A stretch of DNA of 64,000 bases. Origin: Auanema rhodensis. Taxonomy: Eukaryota > Animalia > Nematoda. The stretch is taken from the NCBI GenBank assembly GCA_964057225.1, contig OZ059900.1, positions 2,976,001-3,040,000 of the forward strand, given 5' to 3'. The notes below the pieces were generated by a model. It ran no database searches and was not told the origin of the DNA. It saw nothing but the letters and a program-made list of their open reading frames with translations. The position numbers and the translations under genes were made by a program. The first letter of the stretch is position 1. Every line of letters starts with the position of its first letter. This document shows, one piece after another, positions 1-10,944 of this stretch.

Positions 1-348
1 TAAGATTTGAGAATCAAACATACAATACACAGAATCAGTCTATTTTTATGAGCTTGCACTGATATATATTCATTTTGATCGAAAAAGGTCGAAAATAGAA
101 AGAATTTTTGAAATTTACGAGTTTTGAGTCTAATTTGGCTAAATCGCTCATATATATGATCAGAAGCATAGTTTTTTTGTCTATGACAACAAAAGTCATT
201 AGTTAAACACTAATGATGTTTAAATCACTAAATTTCGCTCAAATAGCATTACTACACTAAGTATGGTCGTTTTTATGCCTTTAACACCATATACTCACCG
301 ATTTTTGGTACAAAATCTGTAATACTCGTAAATTTTGATCATATTCGT
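1..348. repeat. Representative satellite monomer (348 bp; 'T-left' haplotype)
   Basis: The unit runs from TAAGATTTGAGAATC (1) to ...GATCATATTCGT (348). The next unit starts at 349. Confidence 0.97.
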
Positions 349-3300
349 TAAGATTTGAGAATCAAACATACAATACACAAAATCAGTCTATTTTTATGAG
401 CTTGCACTGATATATATTCATTTTGATCAAAAAAGGTCGAAAATAGAAAGAATTTTTGAAATTTACGAGTTTTGAATCTAATTTGGCTAAATCGCTCATA
501 TATATGATCAAAAGCATAGTTTTACTGTCTATGATAACAAAAGTCTTCAAATATACACTAATAATGATTTAATCACTGAATTTCACTCAAATAGCATTAC
601 TACACTAAGTATGGTCGTTTTTATGCCTTTAACACCATATACTCACCGATTTTTGGTACAAAATCTGTGATACTCGTAAATTTTGATCATATTCGGTGAG
701 ATTCCAGAATCAAACACACAATACACGAAATAAGTTTATTTTTACGAGTTTGCACTGATATTTATTCATTTTGATCAAAAAAGGTCGAAAATAGAAAGAA
801 TTTTTGAAATTTCCGAGTTTTGAGTCTAATTTGGCTAAATCGCTCATATATATGATCAAAAGCATAGTTTTATTGTCTATGACAACAAAAGTCATCAATT
901 AAACGCTAGTGATGTTTAAATACTGAATTTCGCTCAAATAGCATTACTACACTAAGTATGGTCGTTTTTATGCCTTTAACACCATATACTCACCGATTTT
1001 TGGTACAAAATCTGTAATACTCGTAAATTTTGATCATATTCGTTAAGATTTGAGAATCAAACATACAATACACAAAATCAGTCTATTTTTATGAGCTTGC
1101 ACTGATATATATTCATTTTGATCAAAAAAGGTCGAAAATAGAAAGAATTTTTGAAATTTACGAGTTTTGAGTCTAATTTGGCTAAATCGCTCATATATAT
1201 GATCAGAAGCATAGTTTTATTGTCTATGACAACGAAAGTCATTAATTGAACACTAATGATGTTTAAATCACTAAATTTCGCTCAAATAGCATTACTACAC
1301 TAAGTATGGTCGTTTTTATGCCTTTAACACCATATACTCACCGATTTTTGGTACAAAATCTGTAATACTCGTAAATTTTGATCATATTCGGTGAGATTCG
1401 AGAATCAAACACACAATGCACGAAATAAGTTTATTTTGACGAGTTTGCACTGATATTTATTCATTTTGATCAAAAAAGGTCGAAAATAGAAAGAATTTTT
1501 GAATTTTCCGAGTTTTGAGTCCAATTGGGCTAAATCGCTCATATATATGATCAAAAGCATAGTTTTACTGTCTATGATAACAAAAGTCTTCAAATATACA
1601 CTAATGATGTGTAAATCACTGAATTTCACTCAAATAGCTTTACTACACTAAGTATGGTCGTTTTTATGCCTTTAACACCATATACTCACCGATTTTTGGT
1701 ACAAAATCTGTAATACTCGTAAATTTTGATCATATTCGTTAAGATTTGAGAATCAAACATACAATACACAAAATCAGTCAATTTTTATGAGCTTGCACTG
1801 ATATATATTCATTTTGATCAAAAAAGGTCGAAAATAGAAAGAATTTTTGAAATTTCCGAGTTTTGAGTCTAATTTGGCTAAATCGCTCATATATATGATC
1901 AAAAGCATAGTTTTACTGTCTATGATAACAAAAGTCTTCAAATATACACTAATGATGTGTAAATCACTGAATTTCACTCAAATAGCTTTACTACACTAAG
2001 TATGGTCGTTTTTATGCCTTTAACACCATATACTCACCGATTTTTGGTACAAAATCTGTGATACTCGTAAATTTTGATCATATTCGGTGAGATTCGAGAA
2101 TCAAACACACAATACACGAAATAAGTTTATTTTTACGAGTTTGCACTGATATTTATTCATTTTGATCAAAAAAGGTCGAAAATAGAAAGAATTTTTGAAA
2201 TTTCCGAGTTTTGAGTCTAATTTGGCTAAATCGCTCATATATATGATCAAAAGCATAGTTTTACTGTCTATGATAACAAAAGTCTTCAAATATACACTAA
2301 TAATGTGTAAATCACTGAATTTCACTCAAATAGCATTACTACACTAAGTATGGTCGTTTTTATGCCTTTAACACCATATACTCACCGATTTTTGGTACAA
2401 AATCTGTGATACTCGTAAATTTTGATCATATTCGGTGAGATTCCAGAATCAAACACACAATACACGAAATAAGTTTATTTTTACGAGTTTGCACTGATAT
2501 TTATTCATTTTGATCAAAAAAGGTCGAAAATAGAAAGAATTTTTGAAATTTCCGAGTTTTGAGTCTAATTTGGCTAAATCGCTCATATATATGATCAAAA
2601 GCATAGTTTTATTGTCTATGACAACAAAAGTCATCAATTAAACGCTAGTGATGTTTAAATACTGAATTTCGCTCAAATAGCATTACTACACTAAGTATGG
2701 TCGTTTTTATGCCTTTAACACCATATACTCACCGATTTTTGGTACAAAATCTGTAATACTCGTAAATTTTGATCATATTCGTTAAGATTTGAGAATCAAA
2801 CATACAATACACAAAATCAGTCTATTTTTATGAGCTTGCACTGATATATATTCATTTTGATCAAAAAAGGTCGAAAATAGAAAGAATTTTTGAAATTTAC
2901 GAGTTTTGAGTCTAATTTGGCTAAATCGCTCATATATATGATCAGAAGCATAGTTTTATTGTCTATGACAACGAAAGTCATTAATTGAACACTAATGATG
3001 TTTAAATCACTAAATTTCGCTCAAATAGCATTACTACACTAAGTATGGTCGTTTTTATGCCTTTAACACCATATACTCACCGATTTTTGGTACAAAATCT
3101 GTAATACTCGTAAATTTTGATCATATTCGGTGAGATTCGAGAATCAAACACACAATGCACGAAATAAGTTTATTTTGACGAGTTTGCACTGATATTTATT
3201 CATTTCGATCAAAAAAGGTCGAAAATAGAAAGAATTTTTGAAATTTCCGAGTTTTGAGTCTAATTTGGCTAAATCGCTCATATATATGATCAAAAGCATA

Positions 3301-5335
3301 GTTTTACTGTCTATGATAACAAAAGTCTTCAAATATACACTAATAATGATTTAATCACTGAATTTCACTCAAATAGCATTACTACACTAAGTATGGTCGT
3401 TTTTATGCCTTTAACACCATATACTCACCGATTTTTGGTACAAAATCTGTGATACTCGTAAATTTTGATCATATTCGGTGAGATTCGAGAATCAAACACA
3501 CAATACACGAAATAAGTTTATTTTTACGAGTTTGCACTGATATTTATTCATTTTGATCAAAAAAGGTCGAAAATAGAAAGAATTTTTGAAATTTACGAGT
3601 TTTGAGTCTAATTTGGCTAAATCGCTCATATATATGATCAGAAGCATAGTTTTATTGTCTATGACAACGAAAGTCATTAATTAAACACTAATGATGTTTA
3701 AATCACTAAATTTCGCTCAAATAGCATTACTACACTAAGTATGGTCGTTTTTATGCCTTTAACACCATATACTCACCGATTTTTGGTACAAAATCTGTAA
3801 TACTCGTAAATTTTGATCATATTCGGTGAGATTCGAGAATCAAACACACAATGCACGAAATAAGTTTATTTTGACGAGTTTGCACTGATATTTATTCATT
3901 TTGATCAAAAAAGGTCGAAAATAGAAAGAATTTTTGAATTTTCCGAGTTTTGAGTCCAATTGGGCTAAATCGCTCATATATATGATCAAAAGCATAGTTT
4001 TACTGTCTATGATAACAAAAGTCTTCAAATATACACTAATGATGTGTAAATCACTGAATTTCACTCAAATAGCTTTACTACACTAAGTATGGTCGTTTTT
4101 ATGCCTTTAACACCATATACTCACCGATTTTTGGTACAAAATCTGTAATACTCGTAAATTTTGATCATATTCGTTAAGATTTGAGAATCAAACATACAAT
4201 ACACAAAATCAGTCTATTTTTATGAGCTTGCACTGATATATATTCATTTTGATCAAAAAAGGTCGAAAATAGAAAGAATTTTTGAAATTTACGAGTTTTG
4301 AGTCTAATTTGGCTAAATCGCTCATATATATGATCAGAAGCATAGTTTTTTTGTCTATGACAACAAAAGTCATTAGTTAAACACTAATGATGTTTAAATC
4401 ACTAAATTTCGCTCAAATAGCATTACTACACTAAGTATGGTCGTTTTTATGCCTTTAACACCATATACTCACCGATTTTTGGTACAAAATCTGTAATACT
4501 CGTAAATTTTGATCATATTCGTTAAGATTTGAGAATCAAACATACAATACACAAAATCAGTCTATTTTTATGAGCTTGCACTGATATATATTCATTTTGA
4601 TCAAAAAAGGTCGAAAATAGAAAGAATTTTTGAAATTTACGAGTTTTGAATCTAATTTGGCTAAATCGCTCATATATATGATCAAAAGCATAGTTTTACT
4701 GTCTATGATAACAAAAGTCTTCAAATATACACTAATAATGATTTAATCACTGAATTTCACTCAAATAGCATTACTACACTAAGTATGGTCGTTTTTATGC
4801 CTTTAACACCATATACTCACCGATTTTTGGTACAAAATCTGTGATACTCGTAAATTTTGATCATATTCGGTGAGATTCGAGAATCAAACACACAATACAC
4901 GAAATAAGTTTATTTTTACGAGTTTGCACTGATATTTATTCATTTTGATCAAAAAAGGTCGAAAATAGAAAGAATTTTTGAAATTTCCGAGTTTTGAGTC
5001 TAATTTGGCTAAATCGCTCATATATATGATCAAAAGCATAGTTTTACTGTCTATGATAACAAAAGTCTTCAAATATACACTAATAATGTGTAAATCACTG
5101 AATTTCACTCAAATAGCATTACTACACTAAGTATGGTCGTTTTTATGCCTTTAACACCATATACTCACCGATTTTTGGTACAAAATCTGTGATACTCGTA
5201 AATTTTGATCATATTCGGTGAGATCCCAGAATCAAACACACAATACACGAAATAAGTTTATTTTTACGAGTTTGCACTGATATTTATTCATTTTGATCAA
5301 AAAAGGTCGAAAATAGAAAGAATTTTTGAAATTTC

Positions 5336-8300
5336 CGAGTTTTGAGTCTAATTTGGCTAAATCGCTCATATATATGATCAAAAGCATAGTTTTATTGTCT
5401 ATGACAACAAAAGTCATCAATTAAACGCTAGTGATGTTTAAATACTGAATTTCGCTCAAATAGCATTACTACACTAAGTATGGTCGTTTTTATGCCTTTA
5501 ACACCATATACTCACCGATTTTTGGTACAAAATCTGTAATACTCGTAAATTTTGATCATATTCGTTAAGATTTGAGAATCAAACATACAATACACAAAAT
5601 CAGTCTATTTTTATGAGCTTGCACTGATATATATTCATTTTGATCAAAAAAGGTCGAAAATAGAAAGAATTTTTGAAATTTACGAGTTTTGAGTCTAATT
5701 TGGCTAAATCGCTCATATATATGATCAGAAGCATAGTTTTATTGTCTATGACAACGAAAGTCATTAATTAAACACTAATGATGTTTAAATCACTAAATTT
5801 CGCTCAAATAGCATTACTACACTAAGTATGGTCGTTTTTATGCCTTTAACACCATATACTCACCGATTTTTGGTACAAAATCTGTAATACTCGTAAATTT
5901 TGATCATATTCGGTGAGATTCGAGAATCAAACACACAATGCACGAAATAAGTTTATTTTGACGAGTTTGCACTGATATTTATTCATTTTGATCAAAAAAG
6001 GTCGAAAATAGAAAGAATTTTTGAATTTTCCGAGTTTTGAGTCCAATTGGGCTAAATCGCTCATATATATGATCAAAAGCATAGTTTTACTGTCTATGAT
6101 AACAAAAGTCTTCAAATATACACTAATGATGTGTAAATCACTGAATTTCACTCAAATAGCTTTACTACACTAAGTATGGTCGTTTTTATGCCTTTAACAC
6201 CATATACTCACCGATTTTTGGTACAAAATCTGTAATACTCGTAAATTTTGATCATATTCGTTAAGATTTGAGAATCAAACATACAATACACAAAATCAGT
6301 CTATTTTTATGAGCTTGCTCTGATATATATTCATTTTGATCAAAAAAGGTCGAAAATAGAAAGAATTTTTGAAATTTCCGAGTTTTGAGTCTAATTTGGC
6401 TAAATCGCTCATATATATGATCAAAAGCATAGTTTTACTGTCTATGATAACAAAAGTCTTCAAATATACACTAATGATGTGTAAATCACTGAATTTCACT
6501 CAAATAGCTTTACTACACTAAGTATGGTCGTTTTTATGCCTTTAACACCATATACTCACCGATTTTTGGTACAAAATCTGTGATACTCGTAAATTTTGAT
6601 CATATTCGGTGAGATTCGAGAATCAAACACACAATACACGAAATAAGTTTATTTTTACGAGTTTGCACTGATATTTATTCATTTTGATCAAAAAAGGTCG
6701 AAAATAGAAAGAATTTTTGAAATTTCCGAGTTTTGAGTCTAATTTGGCTAAATCGCTCATATATATGATCAAAAGCATAGTTTTACTGTCTATGATAACA
6801 AAAGTCTTCAAATATACACTAATAATGTGTAAATCACTGAATTTCACTCAAATAGCATTACTACACTAAGTATGGTCGTTTTTATGCCTTTAACACCATA
6901 TACTCACCGATTTTTGGTACAAAATCTGTGATACTCGTAAATTTTGATCATATTCGGTGAGATTCCAGAATCAAACACACAATACACAAAATAAGTTTAT
7001 TTTTACGAGTTTGCACTGATATTTATTCATTTTGATCAAAAAAGGTCGAAAATAGAAAGAATTTTTGAAATTTCCGAGTTTTGAGTCTAATTTGGCTAAA
7101 TCGCTCATATATATGATCAAAAGCATAGTTTTATTGTCTATGACAACAAAAGTCATCAATTAAACGCTAGTGATGTTTAAATACTGAATTTCGCTCAAAT
7201 AGCAATACTACACTAAGTATGGTCGTTTTTATGCCTTTAACACCATATACTCACCGATTTTTGGTACAAAATCTGTAATACTCGTAAATTTTGATCATAT
7301 TCGTTAAGATTTGAGAATCAAACATACAATACACAAAATCAGTCTATTTTTATGAGCTTGCACTGATATATATTCATTTTGATCAAAAAAGGTCGAAAAT
7401 AGAAAGAATTTTTGAAATTTACGAGTTTTGAGTCTAATTTGGCTAAATCGCTCATATATATGATCAGAAGCATAGTTTTATTGTCTATGACAACGAAAGT
7501 CATTAATTGAACACTAATGATGTTTAAATCACTAAATTTCGCTCAAATAGCATTACTACACTAAGTATGGTCGTTTTTATGCCTTTAACACCATATACTC
7601 ACCGATTTTTGGTACAAAATCTGTAATACTCGTAAATTTTGATCATATTCGGTGAGATTCGAGAATCAAACACACAATGCACGAAATAAGTTTATTTTGA
7701 CGAGTTTGCACTGATATTTATTCATTTTGATCAAAAAAGGTCGAAAATAGAAAGAATTTTTGAATTTTCCGAGTTTTGAGTCCAATTGGGCTAAATCGCA
7801 CATATATATGATCAAAAGCATAGTTTTACTGTCTATGATAACAAAAGTCTTCAAATATACACTAATGATGTGTAAATCACTGAATTTCACTCAAATAGCT
7901 TTACTACACTAAGTATGGTCGTTTTTATGCCTTTAACACCATATACTCACCGATTTTTGGTACAAAATCTGTAATACTCGTAAATTTTGATCATATTCGT
8001 TAAGATTTGAGAATCAAACATACAATACACAAAATCAGTCTATTTTTATGAGCTTGCACTGATATATATTCATTTTGATCAAAAAAGGTCGAAAATAGAA
8101 AGAATTTTTGAAATTTACGAGTTTTGAGTCTAATTTGGCTAAATCGCTCATATATATGATCAAAAGCATAGTTTTATTGTCTATGACAACAAAAGTCATC
8201 AATTAAACGCTAGTGATGTTTAAATACTGAATTTCGCTCAAATAGCATTACTACACTAAGTATGGTCGTTTTTATGCCTTTAACACCATATACTCACCGA

Positions 8301-10944
8301 TTTTTGGTACAAAATCTGTAATACTCGTAAATTTTGATCATATTCGTTAAGATTTGAGAATCAAACATACAATACACAAAATCAGTCTATTTTTATGAGC
8401 TTGCACTGATATATATTCATTTTGATCAAAAAAGGTCGAAAATAGAAAGAATTTTTGAAATTTACGAGTTTTGAGTCTAATTTGGCTAAATCGCTCATAT
8501 ATATGATCAGAAGCATAGTTTTATTGTCTATGACAACGAAAGTCATTAATTAAACACTAATGATGTTTAAATCACTAAATTTCGCTCAAATAGCATTACT
8601 ACACTAAGTATGGTCGTTTTTATGCCTTTAACACCATATACTCACCGATTTTTGGTACAAAATCTGTAATACTCGTAAATTTTGATCATATTCGGTGAGA
8701 TTCGAGAATCAAACACACAATGCACGAAATAAGTTTATTTTGACGAGTTTGCACTGATATTTATTCATTTTGATCAAAAAAGGTCGAAAATAGAAAGAAT
8801 TTTTGAATTTTCCGAGTTTTGAGTCCAATTGGGCTAAATCGCTCATATATATGATCAAAAGCATAGTTTTACTGTCTATGATAACAAAAGTCTTCAAATA
8901 TACACTAATGATGTGTAAATCACTGAATTTCACTCAAATAGCTTTACTACACTAAGTATGGTCGTTTTTATGCCTTTAACACCATATACTCACCGATTTT
9001 TGGTACAAAATCTGTAATACTCGTAAATTTTGATCATATTCGTTAAGATTTGAGAATCAAACATACAATACACAAAATCAGTCTATTTTTATGAGCTTGC
9101 TCTGATATATATTCATTTTGATCAAAAAAGGTCGAAAATAGAAAGAATTTTTGAAATTTCCGAGTTTTGAGTCTAATTTGGCTAAATCGCTCATATATAT
9201 GATCAAAAGCATAGTTTTACTGTCTATGATAACAAAAGTCTTCAAATATACACTAATGATGTGTAAATCACTGAATTTCACTCAAATAGCTTTACTACAC
9301 TAAGTATGGTCGTTTTTATGCCTTTAACACCATATACTCACCGATTTTTGGTACAAAATCTGTGATACTCGTAAATTTTGATCATATTCGGTGAGATTCG
9401 AGAATCAAACACACAATACACGAAATAAGTTTATTTTTACGAGTTTGCACTGATATTTATTCATTTTGATCAAAAAAGGTCGAAAATAGAAAGAATTTTT
9501 GAAATTTCCGAGTTTTGAGTCTAATTTGGCTAAATCGCTCATATATATGATCAAAAGCATAGTTTTACTGTCTATGATAACAAAAGTCTTCAAATATACA
9601 CTAATAATGTGTAAATCACTGAATTTCACTCAAATAGCATTACTACACTAAGTATGGTCGTTTTTATGCCTTTAACACCATATACTCACCGATTTTTGGT
9701 ACAAAATCTGTGATACTCGTAAATTTTGATCATATTCGGTGAGATTCCAGAATCAAACACACAATACACAAAATAAGTTTATTTTTACGAGTTTGCACTG
9801 ATATTTATTCATTTTGATCAAAAAAGGTCGAAAATAGAAAGAATTTTTGAAATTTCCGAGTTTTGAGTCTAATTTGGCTAAATCGCTCATATATATGATC
9901 AAAAGCATAGTTTTATTGTCTATGACAACAAAAGTCATCAATTAAACGCTAGTGATGTTTAAATACTGAATTTCGCTCAAATAGCAATACTACACTAAGT
10001 ATGGTCGTTTTTATGCCTTTAACACCATATACTCACCGATTTTTGGTACAAAATCTGTAATACTCGTAAATTTTGATCATATTCGTTAAGATTTGAGAAT
10101 CAAACATACAATACACAAAATCAGTCTATTTTTATGAGCTTGCACTGATATATATTCATTTTGATCAAAAAAGGTCGAAAATAGAAAGAATTTTTGAAAT
10201 TTACGAGTTTTGAGTCTAATTTGGCTAAATCGCTCATATATATGATCAGAAGCATAGTTTTATTGTCTATGACAACGAAAGTCATTAATTGAACACTAAT
10301 GATGTTTAAATCACTAAATTTCGCTCAAATAGCATTACTACACTAAGTATGGTCGTTTTTATGCCTTTAACACCATATACTCACCGATTTTTGGTACAAA
10401 ATCTGTAATACTCGTAAATTTTGATCATATTCGGTGAGATTCGAGAATCAAACACACAATGCACGAAATAAGTTTATTTTGACGAGTTTGCACTGATATT
10501 TATTCATTTTGATCAAAAAAGGTCGAAAATAGAAAGAATTTTTGAATTTTCCGAGTTTTGAGTCCAATTGGGCTAAATCGCACATATATATGATCAAAAG
10601 CATAGTTTTACTGTCTATGATAACAAAAGTCTTCAAATATACACTAATGATGTGTAAATCACTGAATTTCACTCAAATAGCTTTACTACACTAAGTATGG
10701 TCGTTTTTATGCCTTTAACACCATATACTCACCGATTTTTGGTACAAAATCTGTAATACTCGTAAATTTTGATCATATTCGTTAAGATTTGAGAATCAAA
10801 CATACAATACACAAAATCAGTCTATTTTTATGAGCTTGCACTGATATATATTCATTTTGATCAAAAAAGGTCGAAAATAGAAAGAATTTTTGAAATTTAC
10901 GAGTTTTGAGTCTAATTTGGCTAAATCGCTCATATATATGATCA
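5336..10944. repeat. Recent tandem duplication of an 8-monomer block (2782 bp)
   Basis: Three private SNP pairs lie exactly 2782 bp apart: 6319/9101, 6988/9770, 7800/10582. The junction monomer at 8001-8347 is chimeric. Confidence 0.92.

Noticed and set aside
71-100. Assignment to Drosophila 1.688 (359-bp) satellite or beetle 340-360-bp satellites
   Set aside because: The resemblance is limited to similar length and short AT-rich words (AAATTTTGAT, CGAAAAT). I cannot verify extended similarity without a database search.
41-125. Mutually exclusive switching of the TTTACGAGT motif between two monomer sites as a conserved binding site
   Set aside because: The pattern is not strict. Tb, Tc and G' monomers often have neither copy and the monomer at 3479 has both, so haplotype linkage explains it.
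231-250. CENP-B box
   Set aside because: TTCG words occur (e.g. TTTCGCTCAAATAGC), but the required downstream CGGG of NTTCGNNNNANNCGGGN is absent.
111-335. MITE/transposon terminal inverted repeats (AAATTTACGAGT...ACTCGTAAATTT) as the origin of the monomer
   Set aside because: The repeat is only 12 bp, is perfect in only a minority of monomers, has no target-site duplication and resembles no TIR family I recognise. It is kept only as part of the dyad-symmetry finding.
241-340. Tandem spliced-leader/snRNA genes (Sm-site-like GATTTTTGG and AATTTTTGA, donor-like GTATGG, nearby stems)
   Set aside because: Such motifs are expected by chance in ~71% AT sequence, and I see no match to SL or U snRNA sequences I know. 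An Infernal/Rfam search or leader matches on mRNA 5' ends would be required.
1-348. 5S rDNA or tRNA tandem unit
   Set aside because: There is no 5S or tRNA-like sequence and no recognisable Pol III A/B/C boxes, and the unit is too AT-rich throughout.
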